NCBI RefSeq assembly: GCF_006345805.1
Contig: NC_042997.1
Location: 103,416,001 to 103,480,000, forward strand
DNA from: Octopus sinensis
Taxonomy: Eukaryota
Direction: 5' to 3'
DNA length: 64,000 nucleotides
Shown here: in pieces, positions 38,470 through 51,690 of the stretch
Position numbering within the stretch: position 1 is the first letter of the stretch
Layout: each line of letters begins with the position of its first letter
The notes under the pieces: model-generated
The model's input: only the letters and a program-made list of their open reading frames with translations
What the model was told of the DNA's origin: nothing
The model's database searches: none
Made by a program: the position numbers and the translations under genes

Positions 38470-39090
38470 ATATATATATAGATATATATATATATAATAT
38501 ATATAGAAGAGAGAGAGAGAGAGAGGAGAAGAGAGATAGATAGATAGATAGGTGGGAGACGCAATGGCCCAGTGGTTAGGGCAGCGGACTCGCGGTCATA
38601 GGATCGCGGTTTCGATTCCCAGACCATGCGTTGTGAGTGTTTATTGAGCGAAAACACCTAAAAGCTCCACGAGCTCTGGCAGGGGATGGTGGTGATCCCT
38701 GCTGTACTCTTTCACCACATCTTTCTCTCACTCTTACTTCCTGTTTATGTTGTAACTGTATTTCAAAGGGCCGGCCTTGTCACTCTCTGTGTCACGCAGA
38801 ATATCCCCGAGAACTACGTTAAGGGTACACGTGTCTGTGGAGTGCTCAGCCACTTACACGTTAATTTCACTAGCAAGCTGTTCCGTTGATTCGGATCAAC
38901 CGGAACCCTCATTCTCGTAACCGACGGAGTGCTTCCATAGATAGATGTATATACATATGTATATGTATATATACATATATATACGTATATATACATATAT
39001 ATATATTTATATATATATGTATATATACATAGATATATATACATATCTATTATATATACATGTACGTACATATATACATATATATATATA

Positions 39091-39125
<35 letters not shown>

Positions 39126-39141
39126 GCATGTATGTATAGAT

Positions 39142-40635
39142 CAGGCACGTGCCGTCAGTAATTATTCAGTGTAGGCAGTTGGTGACTTTTATGTAGTAAA
39201 CTATCATCAAAAGATGACTGAGAACAAGATTTAACTTATGAGCATAGCAGTGAGTAAATAAACCTGCTGATGCCTTTTTTTCACACTTTAACTTGAACAC
39301 CATTTAAATTGAATGCCATCACTATGGCCCTATCGTAAGTCTGTACTACAACTTTCTCACAACAGTCGTATTTATCCAAATTATTAAATATACGCTCTTT
39401 TACACCTTCAACAGTTCTGTCCTTAAGAATGTCAAATCCTATAAAGACTTCTTTGATATCAGAGTCCAACATGTATCTCATACTGTAGGACACTGAGCTG
39501 TACATGAAATATCAGTCGTTTCATTCACTTCTATGGCAATGAACGAGGCTTGTGCGACTTCTTTAATATTCTTTTCTACGATAGTGCCTACTGCTTCTAT
39601 CAAGCCATTTTGTATCTTATTAGAAAGGCCAGAAAAAGTGATGAATTCTGTAAATGTTGTACCAATATGTCATCAAATTTTGCAGTATAGTTCAATAACT
39701 CAACATATTTTCCGCAATTTAACGATGATTTCTCTTCCTTATCTCCGCGAAAAGCAAGTTCCTGTTTAATCAAGAAACAAGTGGCACAAATCAATTTTTT
39801 AAATATATCGCTGTTCTCTTTAACCTTTTTGTTGTGATCTTCAATGCTGACAGACTTCTGTTTATCTAAGAGAAAGTTGATTCGTGTACATTCAAATATT
39901 TTCAATGATATTTGGCTTTCATAATGCACTGCTGATCGCTCGTGTTTACTTAAAGCATTGGGCAAATTATTTAAATCACAATATCCTCCTTTTACCTACA
40001 TATTTTCACTAGATACATAAAATAGCAAATATGAGAGACAAAAGAGCCTTTCTGTTGTAGTACAGCTGCACAACCACTCTTTCTTGATGTACCAACCAGT
40101 ATGAAATGTAATAATTGTTGGCCCTTTCTGTTGTTTTAGGTCCTTAAGTTCTGGTGTTGGTCTACCATTTTTTATAATTTGTCTCTTTTCTTCTTAAGCT
40201 AGCTTTGAAAATGTCTTAAGATAGTCACAATCCATTCCTGGAAAGGAGGGAAAATGTAACTAGATGGAAATTAACTAAAACTGAAAGTAAAATACACAAA
40301 ACATAAGTGAACACAGGCGCGTGACTGAACTGGAGGCAGATTTACTTCTACCTCTATAACACTTATAGAAAGCGGTGTTGTAGGAGTATACACGGTAGGT
40401 GTACTACAGTAGTACTATGCGTAGCTTAAATACTGATATTGAAAGACTGTGTTGAATTATGCCTACCTAATCAACAGAAGAAAAATTGTATTTTATTCAT
40501 AGTAATCAGAGTAACTTTCATAATTTTATTGAATTAGGTGCATCATACTTTGCCATAAAAGGAAAATGTTCCTATCGATCTATTTTATTCCAGGTAGGCA
40601 CTACCTACCTTGCCTACCGAATTGGCACGTATCTG
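39142..40635 (-). mobile_element. Internally deleted hAT transposon (DUF4371/ZMYM1-like transposase)
   Basis: Imperfect TIRs CAGGCACGTGCC (39142) / GGCACGTATCTG (ending 40635); peptides LSKHERSAVH, FLIKQELAFRG, TYD.A.VM, THCYAHKLNL. No matching 8-bp TSD is retained. Confidence 0.82.
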
Positions 40636-40667
40636 ATTATATGTATGTATGAGTATGTATGTATGTA

Positions 40668-40698
<31 letters not shown>

Positions 40699-41473
40699 TG
40701 TATGTATGTATGTATATATATATATATATATAGTATATATATATATATATATTATATATATATATATATACATATATATATAGATATATACATCAGTGTA
40801 TAACATTCTTGTGGCACTCCATCGTTTAATATTTTACGACAATGAGGGTTCCAGTAGATCGGATTAGCGGAACAGCCTACTTTTGAAATTAACGTGCAAG
40901 CTGCTGAGTACTCCACAGACACATGCACCCTTAACGCAGTTCTCGGGGAGATTCAGCGTGACACAGAGTGTGACAAGATTCGCCCTTTGGAAGAATACAG
41001 GTAGAAAAGAAACAGGAAGAAAGAGTGAGAGAAAGTTGTGGGGAAAGAGTACAGAGGGCTCACCACCACCACCTTGAAGAGCCCCGTAGAACTTTAGATG
41101 TTTTTGCTCAATAAACACTTACAACGCCCGGACTGGGAATCGAAACCGTGATCCTATGACCGCGATTCTGCTGCCCTAACTACTAGGCCATTGCTCCTCC
41201 ACCATATATACATATATACATATATATACACATAAATCTATATATATATATACATCTATACATATACATCTATATATATACATATATATACATACATATA
41301 CACATATGTATACATACATATATACATATACATCTATACATATACATATACATCTATACATATATACATCTATACATATACATCTATGTATATACATCTA
41401 TACATATATACATATACATCTATGTATATACATCTATACATATACATGTATACATATACACGTATAGATATAC

Positions 41474-41510
<37 letters not shown>

Positions 41511-41589
41511 AGTATACATATACATTTGCAGATATATGCACATATATACATGCATACACGCGCACACACACATATATATATGTAAGATA

Positions 41590-41986
41590 TCTTTATATAT
41601 AAAAGTGAGGTTGTGTACTGTCTGTCTCCTACGATTTAGATTCTTAACTACTCCCACATTTTGCGGTGCAGTTTAACCAAAACCGGGTATCTTATAGTCG
41701 TGATTCACATCGAGCCCTTCTGGGTATTAGCGCGCGTCTACGATGAGTCTACAATTTTAAAAATAATTTACCATCAATTTTTCCATTTTTAATGCATTTT
41801 TGGCATATATAAGGGAAGTAACTCTCTAAAAATTTATTATTAAATCTCAGAACGTAAAAAGCTACAGTAACACCCCCCCCCCTTGTGGTTAGCCATATTG
41901 AGATGACTATTATACTTTACATCTCTAAAAATGTTTATATAGTTATTTCCCTTACAAACCCGAGCAACGCCGGGCGATACTGCTAG
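41590..41986 (+). mobile_element. Non-autonomous Helitron
   Basis: A|TC...CCCGAGCAACGCCGGG...CTAG|T; same family as 22207-22504. Confidence 0.85.
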
Positions 41987-42119
41987 TAAATATACATATA
42001 TATATATATAAGATAATAGTTTCACTTTTAATAGTTTAATAGTGAAACCGTTAGAAGTGAAAAATATTTATCTCAGATTACAATAGAGATGTTATTGTTT
42101 CACTTTTGACACATAAGCT

Positions 42120-42630
42120 ATTGGGAAAGACTCAAGAGATTGAGATTCTATTCCTTAGAGCGTAGGCGAGAAAGATATGCCATAATATACATCTGGAAGA
42201 TCCTAGAAGTACTTGTCCCAAACTTTGGCATCGAGAGTTACACAAATGCCAGAACTGGGCGCCACTGCATAGTGTCAAGGACTCCAAATTTGCCATCAAG
42301 ATGTAGGACAAGATACTGTGATAGCCTGGGCTTCCGAGGCCCACAGCTCTTCAATATCCTCCGAAGAATCTAAGAGACCTGCATGGGGTGGATGCAGATG
42401 TCTTTAAAATGAAACTGGATCTCTTCTTGTCAGGTGTCCCAGATGAACCAACTTCACGGCAGGAGGTGCAGATGAGGGCAGCTGCATCGAATTCTCTCAT
42501 GCACCAGATGGCATTTGCTAAAAAGCATTCGTGAAGTAAAACAATGTAGCAACACCAAATGGCGGTGCCCCAGCATGGCCACAGCTTGTGAGCTGAAACT
42601 AAATAAAATAAATAAAAAATAAAATAAATA
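42120..42630 (+). mobile_element. CR1-group (L2B/Crack-like, clade uncertain) LINE 3' end
   Basis: YSLERRRERYAIIYIWKILE.LVPN...GPQLFN.L....F.M.LD.FL..VPDEP....RAAASNSL*, stop 42532-34, short 3'UTR and (TAAAA)n tail. Confidence 0.85.
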
Positions 42631-43423
42631 ATAGCGAAACAGTGTAAGAGGGTCATGGTTTAAAAACAGTTGAAATTCCGTGTGAAAGAACGGCTGGATT
42701 GTAAAAATCAATTCAAATGTCTATGTATTATGAGCGTGTGCATTAACTATTCAATCTTACATCAATTACAATTAAAAAACACTTTAACGCACGATACTCT
42801 CAATTAAGTGCAATCCACACCATCGAAATTCATTTCTTTACATCTCGAACACATAACAATTGAAACACTTTCATGTCCAAGATAATCCCTTGTCACAATA
42901 ACATACAACAATAAGATATGTGTATATATAAATGTATATAATTAATTATCTAAGTTTTGCGCTATGTATAACTGCAACAAAAATATATAAACAATTTCAT
43001 CTTCAATGCAACTCTATTGTTTATTTAAATTAATTAAGATTTTTTTAAATTATTGTTTAAAATCAGTTGATTTAAATAAATAAAAGAGTTCTATTGAAGA
43101 TGTAGTTGTTTGTATATTTTTTGTTGCAGTTATACACAGGGGAAGACTTAGATAATTATTTATATACATTTATATATACACATATCTTACTGTTGTATGT
43201 TGTGGTGACAAGGAACTATGTTAGACATGAAAGGGTTTCAATTAGTATGTGTTTGAGTGAATTTCGATTGTTTTGGATTGCACTTACTTCATTGTATCGT
43301 CCGTTAAAGTGCTTTGTTATTTTTTAATTGTAATTGATGTATAATTGAATAGTTGACGCTCATAATACATAGACATTTAAATTAACTTTTATAATCTGGC
43401 CTTTCTAATAAGATACAAAATTA

Positions 43424-44915
43424 CTTGATAGAAGCAGTAGGCACAATCGTAGAAAAAAATATTGAAGAAGTCGCAAAGCCTCGTTCATTGCCATAGCAGA
43501 GAATGAAACGACTGATATTTCATGTACAGCTCTATGTTCTACAGTATTGAGGTACGTATTGGACTCTGATATCAAAGAAGTCTTTATAGGAATTGGCAAT
43601 CTTAAGGGACAGAACTGTTGGAGGTGTAAAAGAGCGTATATTTAATAATTTAATATTTTAATTTAAGGCGGCGAGCTGGCAGAAACGTTAGCACGCCGGG
43701 CGAAATGCGTGGCCGTATTTCGTCTGCCGTTACGTTCTGAGTTCAAATGCCGCCGAGGTCGACTTTGCCTTTCATCGTTTCGGGTCGATAAATTAAGTAC
43801 CAGTTGCGCACTGGGGTCGATGTAATCGACTTAATCCCTTTGTCTGTCCTTGTTTGTCCTCTCTGTGTTTAGCCCCTTGTGGGTAGTAAAGAAATATATA
43901 TTTAATAATTTGGATAAATACGACTGTTGTGAGAAACTTGTAGCACAGAATTACGATGGAGCCATAGTGATGGCATCCAATTTAAATGGTGTTCAAGTTA
44001 AAGTGTGAGAAAAGGCATCAGCAGCTTTATTTACTCACTGCTATGCTCATAAGTTAAATCTTGTTCTCAGTCAGCAGAATTCATACCTGAATGTACAAGC
44101 GTTTTCAAGACCAGTGAGGTACTTGCCTCATTTTTCCATCACTCTACAAAACGAACGCAATGGGATGATTTAGTGAGAATACGCATTCCAAAGGCAGCAC
44201 CAACGAGATGGAGTTCGAATTCAAAATTAATCCAGACTATTTTATAATCCCATGGTGACCTTTGCAAACTCTTCAACAGTATGAACAATAATCCTAAGTT
44301 GTGGGATCCAGATACGTTAGTGAGAAGCAATGGGTTTTATGAGTGGCAAACAAAAGACTCAACATACTTTTTTCTGATTGTTTATAATGAAATTTTCCTT
44401 AAAACTGACTTTCTTTTTAATGTCCTACAAACCAAAATGATAGGCATTTCTTTCTGCATTAAGAGTATTAATGGAACATTAAATTTACTTGAGAATCTAC
44501 ACAAAAGTTTCGAGGATTTGAATGTAAAGTTTGAAGAATGTTGCAGAGAAAATAACTTAACTCAATCAAAATCTCATACGAAAGGTTCAGTTAAAGAAAA
44601 GTGAATGGGAACTTTTGGTGCAATTTTGGATGACATACTGAAGTATATGAAAGCAAGATTTGCCGATTCTAAAATTTAAAGTTCATTTCATAAGTTCACG
44701 AAAATAAATTTCAAGATCTTTCTTGCTATGTAGATAAGGATGCATTTGAGAGTTTAAAAAATAAGTATGGAAATTTTTTCGACATCATAAGACTGAAAGC
44801 AGATTTAGCTGGAATTTACAAAGCACAAGTGTTTCCAGATAAATCCGTTAAAACTTTGTTTGATTTTATATTCGAAAATAAGCTGACCCAAACTTTCTAC
44901 GAAGCTGTGAATTAT
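43424..44915 (+). mobile_element. Second copy of the same hAT transposase (central and 3' part), with a SINE A insertion at 43666-43895
   Basis: 43424-44070 is the diverged reverse complement of 39215-39605; APTRWSSN motif; SINE TSD TATATTTAATAATTT. Confidence 0.82.
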
Positions 44916-44919
44916 ATAT

Positions 44920-45190
44920 ACATATATATATGGGTGTGTGTGTACATATACATATATGTATGTAATTAAGTATATAGATATGTATGCAAATATGCATATA
45001 TATGTATATATATGTATGTAAATATATATGAATATAATTATGTATATGCATATATATATATATATATAGATATATATATATATATATATATACGTATTGT
45101 ATGTATATATATATGTATGTGTGTATGTATGAATATATATATACATATATATATATTATATATATTATATGTGTGTGTGTGTGTGTGTGT

Positions 45191-45244
<54 letters not shown>

Positions 45245-45447
45245 TGGTATGTATGTATGTATGTATGTATGTATAGGCTCGAAACGTAAAAGACTTTCTC
45301 ACTTCCCAAGCGTTAAACTAATGCACCTGTTTGTTGGTTACACACCCGTCTTCGTCTTTTGGGGTTTTTTTGTAAATTCTCACTATATATATATATGTGT
45401 GTGTGTGTGTGGTGTGTGTGTATGTATGTATATAGAATATATATATA

Positions 45448-45493
<46 letters not shown>

Positions 45494-45619
45494 ATATATA
45501 TATTCTATGCATATATGTATATATATGTATGTATTTTGTATATATGTATATATATGTATGTATATATATACACGTATATATATATATATGTATATGTATA
45601 GGTGTTTGTAAATTCTCAG

Positions 45620-45672
<53 letters not shown>

Positions 45673-45710
45673 ATATGAATATATATATATATATATATAT
45701 ATATTTCAAC
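44920..45710. repeat. Compound (TA)n/(TG)n/(TATG)n microsatellite field (representative; similar fields at 21190-21470, 30070-30735, 32540-33070, 34010-34190, 38390-38550, 41200-41585, 46090-46440)
   Basis: Directly visible simple repeats; source of the many YI/VC-rich spurious ORFs. Confidence 0.95.
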
Positions 45711-45792
45711 AATTGAGGGTAAAATTAATTAATTATTAATCAATTTCACCAAGTATTCAGTATGTAAAGGGACCATTATAGGCGAATTCAAA

Positions 45793-46087
45793 ATATTACA
45801 TTATATATAAGGGCTTAGTAAAATAAATTACTTTGCCACATACTGAACTCATTAGAAATAGCAGCTAAAGAAATTTCTTCAGCTATTTCTAATACTTAAA
45901 GAAGATCTCTCTCAGATAGTGTTTGCCTAAACTAACTCACTTTGTGAGTTAGTTTAGGCAAACACTATCTGAGAGAGATCTTCTTTAAGTATTAGAAATA
46001 GCTGAAGAAATTTCTTTAGCTGCTATTTCTAATGAGTTCAGTATGTGGCAAAGTAATTTATTTTACTAAGCCCTTATATATAATGTA

Positions 46088-46091
<4 letters not shown>
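45793..46091. repeat. Perfect palindrome: 148-bp arms, 3-nt loop (TTT, 45941-43)
   Basis: Base-by-base comparison: 45944-46091 is the exact reverse complement of 45793-45940. Confidence 0.95.
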
Positions 46092-46166
<75 letters not shown>

Positions 46167-46661
46167 GTTATGTATGTATATATATATGCATATATGTATA
46201 TATTTGTATGTTTTTGTTATATATGTATATATATGTATGTATATATATACACATATATATATATTGTATATGTGTATGTATATACATGTATGTGTGTGTA
46301 TGTATGTATGCATGTATGTATGTATGTATGTATGTATGTATGTATGTATGTATGTATGTATGTATGTATGTATGTATCTTTGTATATAGTTACATATTTA
46401 TAAATATGTGTGTTTGTGTGTGCGTGTGTGTGTGTGTGTGCATTTGAAAAAAAGAAACGTTAGTGAGAAGAAAAAGAATGACTTCACTGGTAGTTATGTA
46501 TATATATATATATAATCAAGATTAATCAGCCGAAATTGCTAGGATGATCCGGTTTGACTGAAGATTGTTTTTGTATCGTCTTCTAAATGTTTTACGTTCT
46601 TGTCCCAGTTTGTATTTTTCTACGTGTAATAGATAATATATATATATATATGTAATATGTA

Positions 46662-46721
<60 letters not shown>

Positions 46722-47234
46722 ATAAGTCTTGAAAAAAGTACAAAATCAATTCCAAGTGAGAAAGCGATCGATAAAGCCGTGGGAACGTGCATTTGTACGC
46801 GCAATTACCATACTCTTCCATCTAGATTTACCTCCAGCTAACCCATTTGCATGCATCGTTTTTGTCCTGCTTTTCATCCGTCAATCCGTACCTAACTGCA
46901 CCTAATATTTTTGTTGTTTTTGTACTGCTTAAAGGCACGTTTCTTTCCTGCCAAGCTTACTATTTAAACCATGTTTGTGTTCTCCCAGTCAACAGCCTTA
47001 TCATTACTGGTATTTTAAACTCTTCGGTTGCATATTTGTATGAATAAAATCGTTTTTCTTTGGAATAGAAAAAGTCTATCTTTATTTCTTCTTTTGCTGG
47101 TGTCTCAAATTTAGGTTAAATGAGTGTTTCTCAAAGAGAAGGCCTATGGGACAGTCGGACAAGTTGTTTTGAGAAAATTTGGTTCAAATGTTTGACAACT
47201 CAGCACCGTACATGAACGGGGGGCATTTTACTTG

Positions 47235-47265
<31 letters not shown>

Positions 47266-47302
47266 TATATATATGAGGGACCAAAGTGTACGAACGCCGC
47301 TA

Positions 47303-47349
<47 letters not shown>

Positions 47350-47370
47350 AGCAAAGTGTACGTACGCCGC

Positions 47371-47447
<77 letters not shown>

Positions 47448-47914
47448 GAAATACAAAATGGGACAAGAATGATAAACATGCGGACAGCTAGGTGATACAA
47501 AAAGGGACAACAAAACATCCAGATAGACGATACAAATAAAACAAGGACAGGTCATTCGAAGCCCTCTATCCTCAGTGAAGCACCAGATTATCCTCGCAAT
47601 TTCGGCTGATTATTTTTGAGATTGCTCCAGTCTGGCCAGCCGCAAGAAAAAACTAAGCTAAGAGCATTAGATTCCTTGGATGAAAGCGCCGAATGTATAC
47701 AAAAACAAGGACGGAAAAAACGGACAAAGTTACACAAATATAAATACAATAAAAATAATAACAGAACGTAACAACAGGTGTCTTTCGACTAAGGACGAAT
47801 TGAATTAAGCTGGCGTGTGTGGAAATGAAGCCTGACGGCAGAGATACAGAAGTTTCACAAACACAGGTATGTATGTAGTATGTATGTATGTATGTATGTA
47901 TGTATGTATGTATG

Positions 47915-47945
<31 letters not shown>

Positions 47946-48179
47946 CAGGAAGCTTTATGAAAATAAACAAAAGACGAAGGCAGGTGAAATACAAACAAAC
48001 AATTGTATTAGTATGGCGCTCAGGAATATAAATAAAACAAGACTTTGACGTTTCGAGCCTACGCTCTTTAACAGAAAGATACACAGAAAAGATACACGGA
48101 GAGAAACAAGGAGAGAAAAAAAATGCGTGCAGAAGCTAGCGAATCAACTGTATCTATGTATGTATGTATGTGAGTGTGC

Positions 48180-48232
<53 letters not shown>

Positions 48233-48779
48233 GACACATTCATACATATGTACACACATCCCTCACTGTCACCATCAATACCACGCCACATTTATAGATA
48301 TGACATTTCCCATAAGCATATTTACGAGTGTTGCCTTTGCTATGGGACGCTTTGTAACATTTTCTGCTTCAGTAAACATGAAGATATTATCTTGTGAACT
48401 ATTTACTCTGCTCATCACAATGTGTGACTTGTTACAAATGACACTGGTATACAAAATTTTGCTTTTAGTCTGAAGCAAGGGCGAAGAATAGGTGTTTTTT
48501 TTTTGTTTTTTTTTTAGTAATTGTAATGTGGTGAATTCAATCTTCTGAACAGTTTTGTTCTATTACCACTAGTTTTTTTGCTTTTATGTCTCCCATTTCA
48601 ATTATACTGCATATAAAATATAAGGTGATTTTACTTTATCTGCTACAAAGGCATATTACATGAGGAGAAAAAAAACAGCTTAGATACAGAACATTGATAA
48701 AACGAAATTACTTGGATAATACAATACACACAATTCATAGTACAGCAGACAGTTAGAAGTTATTTTTTTTAGACGATCA

Positions 48780-50560
48780 TGTGTACTTTGCCTCCAGGAT
48801 GTCACACAAGAGCATCCAGTAGGGTATCCCATCATGCTAGGGTTCCACTTGCCTTAGTAGTTGCTCTCTATCTTAGTAATATCTCGGTGGAACCTTTCTC
48901 CGTGATCATCACTCTCTGCTCAAAGCTTCGGAGGGAAGAAGCTGAGGTGGGAGTGGAGAAGGTTAAATTTGAGTACTAACAACTTCTCAATACACTCTTA
49001 GTAATCTAGTACCCGTGTGTTACCAAGGAAGCCATGACAGACTGACTTAAATGCTTCTCATGCTCTATGTTCCTTTAAGGTAAGACGCTCCTTCGGCACC
49101 TTTTGGATCTGAGGTCCGACGAAGATGCCCTCCTTAAGCTTATCAGAATTCAGAGCTGGGAGCAGAGTGTGCAAATGTTAGAAGGCAGCGCCATTTTTGC
49201 CCATGGCCTTCACAAAATTCTTCATTAAACGAAGCTTAATATGAAGAGGAGGAAGAAGCACCTTGTTCATATCCACCAGAGGATTTTCTTGGACACCGTA
49301 TTCCCCAGGCGCGAAAGGGCTCTTAGATCCCCAGTTCTGCTTGTAGTGCTTGGACACAGCCCACCTGTCCCAGAGACAGAGAAAGCAACAGTACTTTGTG
49401 AAACCCACTTGTATACCTATAAAGAGCCCAATGACTTTGAGGTCTCTGCAGAGACTCCACTGTTACTGGTTGTACTTGACAGCTTCCAAAAGGAGCTCGA
49501 TATTATCATATGACTCCTTCAGATGGACTGAGTAAGCAATGGGAATACTGAGATATTTATTCCCATTGTTCTGGAGCACAGCCTTCAGATTTCGCTTGGA
49601 AAGGTCTATGAAAAAAACGCCAGTCTGAGGGATTGCATGAACAAGCCAGAGCCATTCGTACAGTAGCACAACCTGTTTTCCATGTCGAAGAATGAAGCAA
49701 AGTCCTGGTTCCGTGTCCTGAAACTGGTGATCCTTACATCTGCCTTGACCAGGTTCCACTGCTTAAACCGGGATGCCGGGAGCTCTAACTGCTGATAGAT
49801 TCAAATCACGGGTAAGGTCATTCAGGTCTTCTTGCGTGACCCAGGTCTTCTTCTTCATTTCCACTTGCTCCTGAATAAACAGAGACGTTGTCTTCAGAAG
49901 AGATCGACTTGGCAGAATCTTACCCTGAAGGCATTTCTTTTCCTGATGAAGGAACAAGATCTTTATTTGCTGGGTGTGTAGGGACTGGGAAATCATCTGA
50001 GTGGGGAACATGTCTCATAACAGGGAAGGTTGGGGTATTTGATCTTTTTTCAAGAAAAAGTATGAACCCTGTTATACTTGTTAGATAACAATAGCAAGCA
50101 TCTGCAATTCGTGACTTTCTCCAGACCATCGGGACAGCAAAGTTGAAGGCTGCATTCTTGCCGTTAAAAAATGCAGTGAGTCCATTGTAGCAAGGTTTAC
50201 AACAGATGTGTGAAGCCCAGGATTTGTCCTGATCTCCACTTTTACAGTCAAAATAATGTAAGTAAGCAGTTCTCAGGAGGGAAGTAATTGTTCGGCTCTG
50301 TGCAACTGTCGTGAAATCGCTACACACGTAGCAGAATGAATTTGCCTTGTTGATTCATCCTCGATGCTTTGAAGTAACTGAAGCCATTGTAGAGATATAT
50401 ATCACTAAAATCTGGAAAAGAAAAGAAAAATTGATCATATATATATATGGTTACATGAATTGTCACAAAATTGTAATAATGTGTATCTCAAAAACTAGAG
50501 GTGATGAGTGAAAACTGGTTTTGTATTTGAAATCAGCACTCCAAATTAGGTTAGAGCAAC
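48780..50560 (-). mobile_element. Degraded Chapaev3-like (CMC superfamily) DNA transposon
   Basis: Minus-strand peptides GDQDKSWASHICCKPC...FAVPMVWR, GFTKYCCFLCLWD, LLPPLHIKLRLMKNFVKAM and EHGERFHRDI. Family name from recall of these motifs. Confidence 0.7.
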
Positions 50561-50572
50561 TATTTTTATTCC

Positions 50573-50821
50573 GTTGTGTTTGGGGAGAGTCATTTTCTTT
50601 TTGTGCCTTATAATATAACACACTCACCGGTAAAATTTCCACTTTTTTTTTATTTTTATTTTCCTAAAATTTTCGTTGCATCTTGCAACCTTTTCAATAG
50701 TTTTGAAAATAAAAATAAGAAAAAATTAAAATAAGAAAAAATAAGAAAAAAGTGGAAATTTTACCGATGGGTCTGTTATATTATAAGGCACAAAAAGAAA
50801 ATGACTCTCCCCAGACACGAC
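50573..50821. mobile_element. Fold-back MITE with ~80-bp imperfect TIRs
   Basis: GTTGTGTTTGGGGAGAGTCATTTTC...CCACTTTTTT at 50573-~50650 is mirrored by ~50745-50821. Confidence 0.85.
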
Positions 50822-50919
50822 AAAATATGCTTCAAGACACGAACTCATATAAAGAATCTTGCAAACCAAATCCAAAAACGAAACTATTTTTATGTTTATC
50901 TCAATTTCTCTTAAACATA

Positions 50920-51690
50920 TGCATTTTGGGAGGAGAAACCCAGCGTCCACTTACTCCCTCCACAACACTAATCTCAAAAAGTCTTCGTGTGAACGTGACC
51001 TTGGTGTTATTGTCGACGGCAATTTGTGTTGGACAAAGCACATCGCTAAAATTGCCAAGAAGGCTGAGGGTGTCTTGGCATCACTCACCAAGTCCTTTGT
51101 GAGCCGCTCTCCAGGTATCTATCTGCGGCTTTATATAGCTATAGTAAGACCTCACCTGGAATTTGCATCACCGGTCTGGAACCCCTATCTTGCTTAGGAT
51201 ATTAATCGTCTGGAAGCCGTTCAGTGACGTGCAACTAAAAGAATACTCTCCATCAGGCATTTGCCATATTCTGAATGCCTTACTTCCGTGGGCATGGACA
51301 CATTGAAACTCCGACGTCTGGCAGCTGACTTGGCAGACACCCATAAAATTGAGCACCTTTTCAAACTCCACCCGTCTAACACCCGTGGACATATTTACAA
51401 AGTCAGAAAACAGCACAGCTCCCATGAGTTTAGGAAACATTTTTTCACGCTGAGAGTTGCTGAAGCATGGAACAAACTGCCGGCATCAGTTGTTAGTTGT
51501 CGGAGCACTGCATCCTTCAAAACTTCTATGCTTTCTGAGATTCACCAACACTACACCTGATTTTCTCCCCTCCATACACACACAAGCATGTATCTGACTC
51601 ATACATTGTTCGCTTTCCAGACTTTGTACACACTTTCTGACAAGTTGTGGTGCACCTGAGCACTGTATACAATAATTTCATTATTATTAT
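50920..51690 (+). mobile_element. CR1-clade LINE 3' fragment
   Basis: ERDLGVIVD..L.W..HI, LY.A.VRPHLEFASPVWNPY, LE.VQ.RATK, TRGH..K, FFT.RV..AWN.LP; (ATT)n tail. Confidence 0.9.

Noticed and set aside
48275-48478. Minus-strand 67-aa ORF possibly from a gene divergent to MRPS23
   Set aside because: No recognisable motif, weak splice signals, and it is adjacent to a transposon end.
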